The notes: generated by a model from the sequence alone, not told the origin. Shown: positions 37,758-47,725, counted from the stretch's first letter. The stretch is DNA of 64,000 nt from Chloroflexota bacterium (GCA_965207915.1 OZ242304.1:1965581-2029580), one strand, 5' to 3'. Numbers and translations: made by a program.

Positions 37758-38699
37758 CTAGTCGCTGGGATCAGGGTTTATGGGCGGAGCTTGTCCACGG
37801 GCGCGCCGCCAATGCATGGTCCGGGTGGACAGGCGCCCGGTCCAAAAGAGGAATAGCGCCAGCCCCGCGACCAATCCGATCGCGACTGCGATCCATTGCG
37901 CCTGGGAAAAGGGGCCGTAAAGCTCGTCCTGGCGCAGGAAAGTAATCAGGAATCGGAATAGCGAATAGGAAAACGCATAGAGTGCGAAGACCCGCCCGGA
38001 CCCGCCCCAGCGGCTGATCGCAAATATCAGGACCGCCAGGATGAGGACGTCGGCGAGCAATTCATAGAGATGGGCCGGGTGGGCCGGGAACGTCGCGCCG
38101 GTCGCGTCGCGGGCGGCCAGGGTGGCCGGATTGGTGTAAAGAAAAGCCCAGGGTAGATCGGACGCGACGCGGGTGTGCTCGCCGTTGACCACGTTGGCCA
38201 GACGGCCGATGGCCTGGCCCAGGATCAGGCCCAGCGCGCCGACGTCGGCCACGGCCGGGATGTAGATCCCGTGTCGCCAGGCGGTGATCGCGCCCCCGGC
38301 CACCCCGCCGATGATTCCGCCCCAGATCGCGCCCCCGCCGCGCCAAATCTGCGGCGCCAATAGGGGGTCGGAAGCGTAGATCTCCGGCCATTTGTCGATC
38401 ACGTGCAGCGCCCGGGTGCCCACGATTCCGGCGATGATCGCCCACAGCGCGATCGCGTCGACGTCGTCGACCGTGACCCCAACCGCGTGAGCGTAACGAC
38501 GACAAATCCACCAACCGGCGGCAATTCCGGCCACGACGATCGGTCCGTAAAACCGCAGCGTAACCGGCCCCACCTCCAGGTAGGGACTCAATGGGATCTC
38601 GATCAAACCGAAGATAAAGCGGTGTTCTCCCGCGTGCGCATGATGGCGGGTGCCTTGCGGGCCGTCGCAGGGACTATGGCCCGCACAGATTTTGCCCAA
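37758..38699 (-). CDS. lgt: Prolipoprotein diacylglyceryl transferase
   Basis: PVTLRFYGPIVVAGIAAGWW N-terminus; Lgt signature GGIIGGVAGG...GQAIGRLANVVNGEH. Confidence 0.8.
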   Translation of the reverse strand: MGKICAGHSPCDGPQGTRHHAHAGEHRFIFGLIEIPLSPYLEVGPVTLRFYGPIVVAGIAAGWWICRRYAHAVGVTVDDVDAIALWAIIAGIVGTRALHVIDKWPEIYASDPLLAPQIWRGGGAIWGGIIGGVAGGAITAWRHGIYIPAVADVGALGLILGQAIGRLANVVNGEHTRVASDLPWAFLYTNPATLAARDATGATFPAHPAHLYELLADVLILAVLIFAISRWGGSGRVFALYAFSYSLFRFLITFLRQDELYGPFSQAQWIAVAIGLVAGLALFLFWTGRLSTRTMHWRRARGQAPPINPDPSD

Positions 38700-39774
38700 T
38701 GACAGCTCCCGGCGGGCGTCGATCTCCGGTCTCCGCGTAACCGGTCAATTCGACGAACCCTCGCCCCACCGGCTGGCCGGCCTGCCGGGCTTGGACCGAT
38801 CCCTCCCAGTAGATCGTGCCGGTGCTGGCGCTCGTGTCCAGCTCCTGGTCCGGGATGGTCGGAATCAGATCCAGGTTCAATCCCGCCGAAGGGACTCTCA
38901 GGTTCCAGCGGGCCGGGTAATCGGCGCCCGAACGCGGGCTGCGCCAGTCCGCCAGAACCTGGATTTCGATCGCCGTCGCGTCCAGATGCGCGGCGGCGCC
39001 CGTGCCGCCGACCAGGGTGCCATAGACCGTCGTCTCATCCCCGTCGGCGTCACGCAGGACCGTCGCCATCAATTCGCGGCCGTCGTCCAGCTGCAGCGAA
39101 AACCAGTCCCAGCCACCTTGCCCGGTCACCAGGAAATCGCCCCACTGGTGGTCGAACCAGGCTTGCCCGGTTACGCTGCGTTCGGCCCCGCCGACGGTGA
39201 GCTTCCCTTCGACCGCAAGCCGGGTATGCGAGTAGTAATACGACCATCCGGCGGCGCCGAAGTCGATTACGCCTCCCTCACCGTGCAGCACCGGCGGCTT
39301 GGTCGGCCGCAGCATCAGATCGAAGCCGAATAAGTCGTCGCCGGCCGCGATCGAGAAATCGTTCTCCCCTACTCCGAGGGTCCACCCGCCCACGCAGAGC
39401 CAGTCGCCGCGGTTGGCGGCGCCGTGCACGTTCGAGGTCCGCTCCGCGTAGCGGAAGCTGCCCGGGTTCGGGTCTGAGATCGCAACGTGGGCGGCGAAGC
39501 TGGAGCCCAGGCTTTGGCGGTTGGCGGCGAAGATCACGAATTCGAACCCGAACCAGATTCCTTCGCGGTCCTGCAGATGGCCCGTGAAGTACCACCATTC
39601 GGACAGGTCCTGATGGGACCGATGGTCGCGCGGCAGTTCGATCGGCGGGAGGCCGGCTATTTCCACTGGCGCCGGCGCGGCCGGGTCCGGCAGCGGGGTA
39701 AGGGATTGGGCGCAGCCGGCCAGCAGCAGGCCGATTATTAATCCCGGCAGGGCGTTTGGCGGCGCGGCCCTCAT
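38674..39774 (-). CDS. CrtC/AttH-like (hydroxyneurosporene-synthase/lipocalin-like) lipoprotein
   Basis: Start ATG at 39772-39774, overlapping the MMPL stop as ATGA. Lipobox LLLAGC; SEWWYFTGHL...WFDHQWGDF motifs of the CrtC/AttH family. Confidence 0.6.
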   Translation of the reverse strand: MRAAPPNALPGLIIGLLLAGCAQSLTPLPDPAAPAPVEIAGLPPIELPRDHRSHQDLSEWWYFTGHLQDREGIWFGFEFVIFAANRQSLGSSFAAHVAISDPNPGSFRYAERTSNVHGAANRGDWLCVGGWTLGVGENDFSIAAGDDLFGFDLMLRPTKPPVLHGEGGVIDFGAAGWSYYYSHTRLAVEGKLTVGGAERSVTGQAWFDHQWGDFLVTGQGGWDWFSLQLDDGRELMATVLRDADGDETTVYGTLVGGTGAAAHLDATAIEIQVLADWRSPRSGADYPARWNLRVPSAGLNLDLIPTIPDQELDTSASTGTIYWEGSVQARQAGQPVGRGFVELTGYAETGDRRPPGAVIGQNLCGP

Positions 39775-41960
39775 CGGGGCTGCAAACGATACGCCCGAAC
39801 GGGCATCCACCAGTTCCAGGCACCGGCCAACTTCATTGCCGCCGGCGCCAGCAGGGAGCGAACTATCGCCGCGTCGGTGGCTATCGCGATCGCTCCGGCG
39901 ACTCCCAGCGCCTTAACGGTCACCACCTCGGCGCTGGCGAAGGCCAGGCCAACCACGATCACAACCAGCGCCCCGGAGGTGATCACCCGCCCGGAGGCCT
40001 GCAACCCGTTGGCGACCGCCGCCTCAACGTTGCCTGATTCGAGCCAGTTTTCCTGCACCTGGGCCAGCAGGAACACCTCATAGTCCATGCTGAGGCCAAA
40101 CAGCATCGCAAACAGGATCACCGGCAGGGTGGCATCGATGTAGCCGAGCGGCTCGAACCCCAGCAGCGGCGCAAGCCAGCCGAATTGGAAGATGAGCACT
40201 ACCGCGCCAAAGCTGGTCGTTAGCGAGAGCAGGTTGAGCGCGACCGCTTTGAGCGGCAGTATCAGCGAATGGAACATGCCCGCCAGCAGGACCAGAGTGG
40301 CCAGCAGGATGACCCCGATCACAATCGGAAAGGTCCCGTAAACGGCGTCGACGAAATCCGTGTAGTTGGCCGACCCGCCGCCCAGCTGTCCCTGCAACTC
40401 CAGGCCGGCAACCCGGTCCCGGATCGCATAGACCAGTTCGCGGCCGGCGGCGCTATTGCCTGCAACTGAAGGCGTGATTCCAATCAACGCCAGGTTGCCG
40501 CTGGTGGAAACCTGGGCAGCGGCGCGGGCGATCGGATCGGATGCGGCGGGACCGTCGGAGTAAAGCAGGCGATATTGATCCAGGGTTATGCGCGGATCGA
40601 TGCTCACGATCCCGCTGGTTTTCGCCACCCGCGGGTCGGCTTCGAGCGATCGGACCAGCCGCAGCTGCTTTTCGAGGGCGGCGTCGCTGAAGGGGCCGTC
40701 TTCGAATTCCAAGACTAGAAAGAGCTGCGCCAGCTGGCCGGGACCGTATTCGGATTCGAGCAGCTCGAACGCCTGCCGGGCATCGGCGCGCTGGGGCAGG
40801 ACGCGCGCGTCGGGCAGGGTGATGCGAGCTTCGGAGAGCGGTATCACGAATGCCAGTAGGACCATTGCAACCGGCACGAAGACCCTTATCGGGTGCTTCA
40901 TGACCGCGCGGGCGGTGCGGGCCCAGAATCGGCCCCCGCCGAATAGACGCGGCAGGATCCGGAAACGGTTGATCGACGGCCCCAATATCGCCAGAACCGC
41001 CGGGGCCAGCGTCAACGCGCAAAGCGCCGCGACGGCGGTCACCATGGCGCCGACGATTCCGATCGAGCGCAGGAACTGGAATTCGAACATCGTCAAAGCG
41101 GTCAGGCCGATGATGACCGCCGTCGCCGAGAAGGCGATCGTCTTGCCCATCGAGGCGCTGGTCGCCACGACCGCCGCCCGGGGGCCGGCGCGGCGCAATT
41201 CGCGCCGGTACCGTGAGACCAGGAAGAGCGAATAGTCCACGCCCAGACCGAGTCCCAGCAGGGTGGCGATGTTGAGCGCGAAGATGGAAATCTCGACCGC
41301 GCCGGCAACCATCCAGACAAGTGCCAGGCCCACCCCCACCGAAATCGCGCCCATGACCAGCGGCAGGGCGGCGGCGGTCAGGCTTCCGAATACCGCCAGT
41401 AGGACCAGCAGCAGAAACGGAACCCCGAGCAATTCGGCCCGTTGCAAATCGGACTTGGTGAACTGCTCGATATCGTGGTAGTAGGCGGCCGGACCGGCCA
41501 GTCGCACCTCCAGCCAGGAACCGGCAATGGCGGTATTGACCGGCCCCGTCAGCGCGTGGGCCCGGGCGGTCTGCAAATCGGTAGTCACGTGCAGGAAGAC
41601 GGTCTTCCCCGAATCGGCGCGCTGGAAGCCGGCCTCGCCCAAGGCCTGGACCGCGGCGACGCCCTCGACCGCCAGGACCGCGGTGCGCAGCCGCTCGATT
41701 TCGGCGAGGGCCGCGGGCGAATCGATTCGCCCATCGGAGTCGTGAATGATCAGCGTGAGCACCGGCAAGGGTTGCTCGAACGCGGCGGCGTACCGCTCGT
41801 AGGCCTGTGCGACTTCCAGGTCGGGGGAACTGAATCCCCCGGCTACGAGCCGTTCGGGTACCTGGACCGCGAACACCGACCCGACTCCGGCCAGCAGCAA
41901 CCAGCCGAAAACCACCGCCCAGCGCCACCGCACCACCACCCGGCCCAGGGATACAAACAC
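39771..41960 (-). CDS. MMPL-family (RND superfamily) transporter
   Basis: 729 aa. Two 6-TM bundles with two periplasmic porter domains. GLGVDYSLFLVSRYRREL and GLSMDYEVFLLAQVQE are MMPL/SSD signature motifs. Confidence 0.8.
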   Translation of the reverse strand: MFVSLGRVVVRWRWAVVFGWLLLAGVGSVFAVQVPERLVAGGFSSPDLEVAQAYERYAAAFEQPLPVLTLIIHDSDGRIDSPAALAEIERLRTAVLAVEGVAAVQALGEAGFQRADSGKTVFLHVTTDLQTARAHALTGPVNTAIAGSWLEVRLAGPAAYYHDIEQFTKSDLQRAELLGVPFLLLVLLAVFGSLTAAALPLVMGAISVGVGLALVWMVAGAVEISIFALNIATLLGLGLGVDYSLFLVSRYRRELRRAGPRAAVVATSASMGKTIAFSATAVIIGLTALTMFEFQFLRSIGIVGAMVTAVAALCALTLAPAVLAILGPSINRFRILPRLFGGGRFWARTARAVMKHPIRVFVPVAMVLLAFVIPLSEARITLPDARVLPQRADARQAFELLESEYGPGQLAQLFLVLEFEDGPFSDAALEKQLRLVRSLEADPRVAKTSGIVSIDPRITLDQYRLLYSDGPAASDPIARAAAQVSTSGNLALIGITPSVAGNSAAGRELVYAIRDRVAGLELQGQLGGGSANYTDFVDAVYGTFPIVIGVILLATLVLLAGMFHSLILPLKAVALNLLSLTTSFGAVVLIFQFGWLAPLLGFEPLGYIDATLPVILFAMLFGLSMDYEVFLLAQVQENWLESGNVEAAVANGLQASGRVITSGALVVIVVGLAFASAEVVTVKALGVAGAIAIATDAAIVRSLLAPAAMKLAGAWNWWMPVRAYRLQPR

Positions 41961-42042
41961 TAGGCGCCATCGTCCGGGTTCGATCTAATTTTTTAATTAT
42001 GGGTGTTTTTGGGCATCCTGATATTGCGGGCGAAGAAATGGA

Positions 42043-42981
42043 GTGCATGCCTTGACGCGCATCGCGATTGCCGGCGGTACCGGCATGCTGGGTCGGGCGG
42101 TTTCGGCGGTGCTGGAGGAAAAGGGCCACTCACTTGTGCTGCTTTCGCGCCGGGCTCAAATCGCCCCTGGCTACGAGCAGGTCGTCCAATGGGACCCGGT
42201 TACGAGGCCGGCGCCGGCCGAGGCCCTCTCCGGGGTCCAGGCCGTCATAAACCTGGCCGGTGAGCCCGTATCCGGACGCTGGACGTCGGCCAAGCGCGAA
42301 CGCATCAGGACGAGCCGGGTTCGAGGAACGACGAATCTGGTGCGCGGCATGCTCGATGCTCGGCCGGGACCGCAACTGCTGATATCGACCAGCGCGATCG
42401 GGTACTACGGCCCACGCGGCGACCAGGTCCTCAACGAACGCGCCTCGAGCGGCGACAGCTACCTGGCCCAGGTCGCCCGCGAGTGGGAAGCTGCGGCCGA
42501 GCAGTTCGCCACCGCCGGCAATCGCCTGGTTACCATGCGGCTCGGAATCGTCCTGGGCCACGGCGGGGCTCTAAAGCAAATGCTGCCGCTGGCGCGCCTC
42601 GGCCTCGGCGGACCGCTGGGCAGCGGCCGGCAATGGTGGTCATGGATTCACATCGCCGATGTGTGTCGGTTTGTGGTCGGGGCAATTGAGGATCTCGAAT
42701 GCACCGGAACCTACAACCTGACTGCCCCAGAACCGGTTCGGCAGAGGGAATTTGCGCAAACTCTGGGACGCGTTCTGGGTCGCCCGGCGGTTCTGCCGGC
42801 GCCGGCGTTCGGCCTGCGCCTATTGCTCGGCGGTTTCTCGACTGAACTGCTCGACAGCAAGCGGGTAATCCCGGAACGCCTCCAGAACTCCGGTTGGCGG
42901 TTCGCGCACCCCGATCTGTACACGGCACTCAAGGGCCTTATCCTGCGCAGGCGATCCGACGGGCCGCCTGCTAGCGTATGA
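42043..42981 (+). CDS. TIGR01777/YfcH-like NAD-dependent epimerase family protein (DUF1731)
   Basis: IAIAGGTGMLG Rossmann motif; C-terminal DUF1731-like region (RVIPERLQNSGWRFAHPDL). GTG start. Confidence 0.75.
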   Translation: MHALTRIAIAGGTGMLGRAVSAVLEEKGHSLVLLSRRAQIAPGYEQVVQWDPVTRPAPAEALSGVQAVINLAGEPVSGRWTSAKRERIRTSRVRGTTNLVRGMLDARPGPQLLISTSAIGYYGPRGDQVLNERASSGDSYLAQVAREWEAAAEQFATAGNRLVTMRLGIVLGHGGALKQMLPLARLGLGGPLGSGRQWWSWIHIADVCRFVVGAIEDLECTGTYNLTAPEPVRQREFAQTLGRVLGRPAVLPAPAFGLRLLLGGFSTELLDSKRVIPERLQNSGWRFAHPDLYTALKGLILRRRSDGPPASV

Positions 42982-43041
42982 AAAACATGGGCGCCCAAGG
43001 CCAGGGCGCGACTCCCTCCTGCCTGATTCCGGACCCAAATC

Positions 43042-43698
43042 TTGTCCAATTTCGCCGCCACTCTTAGCCGCTCGCGCGGACTGGTCTTGGCCGCCGCCGG
43101 GGTTGTTGCCGCCGCCGCAATCGTGCTGATCGGCATCGGCATCGGCGCCCAGCAAGCGGAAGTCGCCGCTCCCGAACCGGCGGGCGCTCCGCCGCCGCCG
43201 ATTACGGTCACCCTCCAGGATCGGGGTCCCGCGCCCGAGTTTTCGGGTATCGGAGCCTGGATGAATGGCGAGAAAACAACGATCGCGGGCCTGCGCGGCC
43301 AGGTTGTCCTGATCGACTTTTGGACACTGGGCTGCATCAATTGCCGCCGCACCCTTCCCTATGTGCGGCAGTGGCACGACCGCTACGCGGCCCACGGGCT
43401 CAAGGTAATCGGCGTGCACACGCCGGAATTTGCCTACGAAAAGGACCAGGAGCGGGTCCGCCAGGCGATGGCCGAATTGGGCGTGACCTGGACAGTTGCG
43501 ATCGACAACCAAAAAGGCACATGGTACGCCTGGCGCAACCGCTGGTGGCCGCGCAAGTACCTGATTGACGCCGCCGGCACCCTGCGCTACGACCGCATCG
43601 GCGAGGGCGCCTACGAGCAGACCGAGCATGCGATCCGGCTTCTCCTGGAGGAGAACGGCGCCGACCTGAGCGCCGTGCCATTCGGCGCTCGTCTCTAG
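43042..43698 (+). CDS. Membrane-anchored thioredoxin-fold thiol-disulfide oxidoreductase (TlpA/ResA-like)
   Basis: N-terminal TM anchor, and a WTLGCINCRRTLP active site (CxxC = CINC) in a redoxin fold. Confidence 0.7.
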   Translation: MSNFAATLSRSRGLVLAAAGVVAAAAIVLIGIGIGAQQAEVAAPEPAGAPPPPITVTLQDRGPAPEFSGIGAWMNGEKTTIAGLRGQVVLIDFWTLGCINCRRTLPYVRQWHDRYAAHGLKVIGVHTPEFAYEKDQERVRQAMAELGVTWTVAIDNQKGTWYAWRNRWWPRKYLIDAAGTLRYDRIGEGAYEQTEHAIRLLLEENGADLSAVPFGARL

Positions 43699-43708
43699 GC
43701 GGTGGCGC

Positions 43709-46114
43709 TCAGCCGGTCCGGCTCGGGCGGACCCGGGCCGGTCGGTAGGGGTCGTCTTTGGTCAGCGGGTCGCTGGCCAGGAAGGCCGGCAGATTTCGCC
43801 AGGATTGGGCGGCGAACTGGGCGTCGCGCAGATCATCGCCCAGCAGCTGCAACCTGACCGGGTCGGGCTCGCCGGGATGGAATTCGAGCACCGCCGCCTG
43901 AAAGTACTGACGGATGAATCCGGGATCTCCGATCGCCAGGACCGCGCCCGCCTGCCGGTCGACCCTGGCCTCGGTCTTGGGCAGGCCGAATGACTGCACT
44001 CCGCCAAGCCGGTTGAAGAAGTCGGCGAACCCGGTGACCGTCCCGTCAACGGCCCGGTTTGAGACCCGGCGGCCCCAAGGCTCAAACACCTGCCCGGGAT
44101 GCGGGTTGGTCGGCGCGTACTCGACTCCCAAGTCGGTGCTGCCGCCTTCGCCGCCGCCGAAGTAGTCCCAGGCCAGCCGCCGTTCGACCACCCAGCCGGC
44201 GCCGACCGAGTGGAAGTCGACCACGCCGCGCTGGTAGTACTGGCTGAGGGCCCCGGGTTCTACGATCAGGACCTCCGAAACCGGATAGCCCCAGCGTTCC
44301 AATCCGCCGGTTGCCTCGAAATGGGCGCGGAAATCGGCGACCGCGGTACCCCCGCCGGGGAGCTCCACGTCGAGCACCGGAACGTTGTGGGCCAGGACGT
44401 CGTGTGCCTCGACGGCCAGATGCAGGTTGTCGAGCACGGTAATCTTGCCGAATGCCGGTTCAGGCGGCTGCGGAGGCGCCGGAGCCACGTAATTTGCCGC
44501 GTCCCTGATGCGCACGGTCACGAAATCGATGATCGGGGTGAACCGCCCGAAACCGGGGGTCGCGCGATCGATCATCAGCAGGACGAATGCCTCGTCATCG
44601 CCATCCGAAACCCGCTCCTCGGGAACGTCCAGGGCGACCAGGCGGGCGCTGCCAAACGGCACGTCGACGTTGATCGGCCGCGGCAGGTCGCTGGCTTCGG
44701 CGCCATGGCCGCGGTTCTCGGACTTGAGCAGCAGTCGGGCCACCACCCCGGCCGCTTCGCGGTCCTGATGTTGCAGGCCGACGGCCAGCGGGCGACCCTC
44801 ATCGGCGTAGTAGACCGGATTGTCGAACCCGGTGACCGCGCGCGAATCCGGGTCCAGGATTACCTCCACACCGGGAACGATCTGCTGTCGCCAGAGCGCC
44901 GGCAGGTTCGATAGACCGAACCCTTCCCCTTCGGCGCCCGGATTGTCTCGGACGTCAACCACGAGCGTTCTTGCCGGACCGATCTCGCCCAGCAGGTCCG
45001 GCGCCAATGCGGTCAGACCGGCATTGCTCAAATCCAGCCGACGCAGGTGCGGCAACTGCGAAAAATCTGCCGCGTTGATGTCGGCCACGTCCGCATGGCC
45101 GGAAAGATCGATCTCGGTGACGTGAGCCAGTTGCGCTATGCTCACCTCCTCGCAGGCCCTTTTCCGCGGCAGCCAGGATTCGATCTGGGTGCGGACCGCC
45201 GGATGGCGCTGGCAGAGCGAATGCCGAGGGGCGTCGTTGTCGCGCACCAGAAGCGTCGAATAGTCGATATCGCCGTCGTTTATGTCGGGCCGCGGGGCGG
45301 TCCCCTGACAACCCGGAATCAGGTCGAGCAGCAGTTCCAGTTCATAGTCGGGTTCGATTTCAGCGTTATCGGGCAAGCTGATCACCAGCCCGAACACCGA
45401 CCGGATGCGATCCGAGGCGTTGATTCGCAGGCGCCATTGGCGGTGTCCCTCGAGAGTTATCTGCAAGCAAACGTCAATCGCCTCGTCGCCGACTTCCACC
45501 CCGGCCCCGGGCGGAATCGAGGCGAATTCAAACTCGATCAAGGGGCGCGAGCCTTCCGGCGCCGAATACCCCGAACTTCCGAATCCGACCCGGGTTCCGG
45601 TGCCGCCGTCGAACACCAGCAACAACCCTTCCGGCAACTCTGAGATGTCCACGTCGTCGGGCCCCAACGGGTTTCCGGAAAAACGCAGGCGGTCGATGTG
45701 ACCGGCCGCAAAGTGGTAACTGATCAGCGCCTCGAGTGAATCGTCGCGCCAGCTGAACTGTTCCAAGTCCAGATTCGAGAAGTCGAGGGTGGCCGGGCGT
45801 CGGCCCGGGGTCCGGTCCAATTCGCGGGCCAGCTGGGCCAGCTTGGTGCCGGGGCGCAGCGCCGGATCTCGATCGGCCTCGTAATTGACGTAGAACTCAT
45901 CGCAATCGTTGTAGTCGAGGTCGCCATCCGAATCTATGAGTCCGGCCACGGTGGGCGAAATGGTCGGCAGCAGGCCTTCGTAGAGCCGCTCAAATGCCTG
46001 GAAATGGTTGGGGTCAAGGAAGTGGCAGAGGTTGTAGTTGCCGTCACCGGCCAATTCGCCGGTGGCCGGCCGCGGTGCAAGCGCCAGGACGCTGGCGGCG
46101 ATCGCCAGCCCCAA
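43709..46114 (-). CDS. Large secreted protein with leucine-rich-repeat-like segments and two LGFP-like repeats
   Basis: Signal peptide MGLAIAASVLALAPRPATG. LRR-like segment LPHLRRLDLSNAGLTALAPDLLGEI. LGFP-like repeats GGLERWGYPVSEVLIVEPGALSQYYQRGVVDFH and GGVQSFGLPKTEARVDRQAGAVLAIGDPGFIRQYFQAAVLEFH. Confidence 0.55.
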   Translation of the reverse strand: MGLAIAASVLALAPRPATGELAGDGNYNLCHFLDPNHFQAFERLYEGLLPTISPTVAGLIDSDGDLDYNDCDEFYVNYEADRDPALRPGTKLAQLARELDRTPGRRPATLDFSNLDLEQFSWRDDSLEALISYHFAAGHIDRLRFSGNPLGPDDVDISELPEGLLLVFDGGTGTRVGFGSSGYSAPEGSRPLIEFEFASIPPGAGVEVGDEAIDVCLQITLEGHRQWRLRINASDRIRSVFGLVISLPDNAEIEPDYELELLLDLIPGCQGTAPRPDINDGDIDYSTLLVRDNDAPRHSLCQRHPAVRTQIESWLPRKRACEEVSIAQLAHVTEIDLSGHADVADINAADFSQLPHLRRLDLSNAGLTALAPDLLGEIGPARTLVVDVRDNPGAEGEGFGLSNLPALWRQQIVPGVEVILDPDSRAVTGFDNPVYYADEGRPLAVGLQHQDREAAGVVARLLLKSENRGHGAEASDLPRPINVDVPFGSARLVALDVPEERVSDGDDEAFVLLMIDRATPGFGRFTPIIDFVTVRIRDAANYVAPAPPQPPEPAFGKITVLDNLHLAVEAHDVLAHNVPVLDVELPGGGTAVADFRAHFEATGGLERWGYPVSEVLIVEPGALSQYYQRGVVDFHSVGAGWVVERRLAWDYFGGGEGGSTDLGVEYAPTNPHPGQVFEPWGRRVSNRAVDGTVTGFADFFNRLGGVQSFGLPKTEARVDRQAGAVLAIGDPGFIRQYFQAAVLEFHPGEPDPVRLQLLGDDLRDAQFAAQSWRNLPAFLASDPLTKDDPYRPARVRPSRTG

Positions 46115-46182
46115 CAGGAAATTGACGTGCCGGCGCCGCGCGCCTTGGGCGATGGCCTGGACGCCCGAACCGACTGGGGCGG

Positions 46183-47214
46183 TTATGCCAGCGGTCCTGC
46201 GGCCACGCCCAGGCCGGCGGCGGCGTCGCGGATGTTGGCCGCCGTGGCGTCGGCGATTTCTATTCCGGCCGCGCGGTTGTTGGCGCGGTTCATGCTTTCC
46301 GGTTCGCCGGGCACCAGGACTTGATCGAATCCACCCGCCGGGGGCGTACCGTGCATCCGCGCGACCAGTTGGCGGACCCCTTCTCCGTAGGTTTCGGCAC
46401 CGACCAGGGCCCCGGGATCGACGGCGATGATGCTGCCGCCCATCAGCAGGCCCGATGCCGACGCGTAGGTGCCGGTCACGGCTGAACCCAGCGCTTCGAC
46501 CAGCAGCGCCAGTCCGTAGCCCTTGTGGGCGGCCGCTGGCACCATCATCCCGCCGGCGTAGAAGTCGGCTGGATTGGTCGACGGATTGCCGTCTTTGTCA
46601 AGGATCTGACCGGGTGGCAGCTGGGCCCCTTTGTCGCGGGCGACCCTGACCTTGCCTTCGGCGGTCGAGGTGGTCGCGAAATCCATGACGATCGCGGGTC
46701 CCGCCGGGTTGGGGACTCCGGCCGAAATCGGGTTGGTTGACAGCGCGCGCGCCGCGCCGCCGAACGGCGCCCCGGCCCCGGCCCCGGCGCCGCCGCCCAC
46801 TGCCATGATGGCCAACACCCCTTCCGCGACGGCCATTTCCGACCACTGGCCGACCCGACCCAGATGGTTTACCTCGCACAAGCCGACCAGGGCGACTCCG
46901 GCGGACTTCGCCTTGGCGATCGCGATCTCGGTCGCGTATTTGCCGGTGAAGTGCCCGAATCCCTTGTTGCCACTGATGAGGGCGGTCGTGCCCGACTCCT
47001 TGAGCAATTCCGGCCGACCGTCCGGCACAATTCGCCCGGCCTCGATCATCTCAAGGTATGACGGGATCCGGATTACGCCGTGCGATGGGTGGCCGGACAA
47101 GTCGGCCAGGACCAGCGAATAAGCCATGAAATCGGCTATGTCGGCCGGGGTTCCGGCGCTGGCAAAGATCGACCGGGTCAGTTCCTGGATCGCGTCAGGG
47201 GCGTAGCGGGGCAT
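46183..47214 (-). CDS. Ldh_2 family (malate / L-sulfolactate / ureidoglycolate) dehydrogenase
   Basis: Ldh_2 family motifs: SHGVIRIP, NHLGRVGQW, and a C-terminal region. Confidence 0.75.
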   Translation of the reverse strand: MPRYAPDAIQELTRSIFASAGTPADIADFMAYSLVLADLSGHPSHGVIRIPSYLEMIEAGRIVPDGRPELLKESGTTALISGNKGFGHFTGKYATEIAIAKAKSAGVALVGLCEVNHLGRVGQWSEMAVAEGVLAIMAVGGGAGAGAGAPFGGAARALSTNPISAGVPNPAGPAIVMDFATTSTAEGKVRVARDKGAQLPPGQILDKDGNPSTNPADFYAGGMMVPAAAHKGYGLALLVEALGSAVTGTYASASGLLMGGSIIAVDPGALVGAETYGEGVRQLVARMHGTPPAGGFDQVLVPGEPESMNRANNRAAGIEIADATAANIRDAAAGLGVAAGPLA

Positions 47215-47284
47215 GGAAGATGCCGAGTCCTGGGTCTGGTTCAGGCAAGTAAACGATCTGCGGCCGGAGCGGCGCGCGGTTGAC

Positions 47285-47638
47285 TCAACCGCGGCCCAGC
47301 ATGAACTTGAGATCTTCGCTCATCATATCCATGCTCCAGGGTGGGTCCCAGACGATTTCAATGTTCACCTCGTCGACCTTTTCCATCTCCTCGACCGAGC
47401 GTTGGGTTTCGGAGATCAGTTGCGGCCCGTAGGGGCACATCGGCGAAGTCAGGGTCATTTCGATATCGACCTTGCCCGCGTCGGGCTTGACCTCGTAGAC
47501 CAGACCCAGATTCCAAATGTCCAGGTGCAGTTCAGGATCAAGCACGCTCTCCAGAACCGCGATCACATCATCGCGCGATACGGTCTGCTCGGACATTTGG
47601 GGCCCCTCCGTGGCGGCGTCTGCAGATGCTGAGTCCAT
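47285..47638 (-). CDS. DUF59 / SufT-like Fe-S cluster assembly protein
   Basis: VIAVLESVLDPELHLDIWNLGLVYEV...TLTSPMCPYGP is the MIP18/SufT family motif. The likely start is the internal MSEQTV. Confidence 0.7.
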   Translation of the reverse strand: MDSASADAATEGPQMSEQTVSRDDVIAVLESVLDPELHLDIWNLGLVYEVKPDAGKVDIEMTLTSPMCPYGPQLISETQRSVEEMEKVDEVNIEIVWDPPWSMDMMSEDLKFMLGRG

Positions 47639-47684
47639 TATCGCCGCCGAAGATCGGAACGGGCGGCGGAAAACACCGAACGGC

Positions 47685-47714
47685 TTGCAAACAAACAGGC
47701 GGCCAGATTATAAT
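47685..47714 (+). promoter_or_regulatory. Sigma-70-like promoter candidate upstream of the topoisomerase B-subunit gene
   Basis: TTGCAA (47685-47690), an 18-nt spacer, then TATAAT (47709-47714). It sits ~150 nt upstream of the proposed TTG start at 47861, which implies a long 5' UTR. Confidence 0.4.
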
Positions 47715-47725
47715 CAGCAAGCTGA

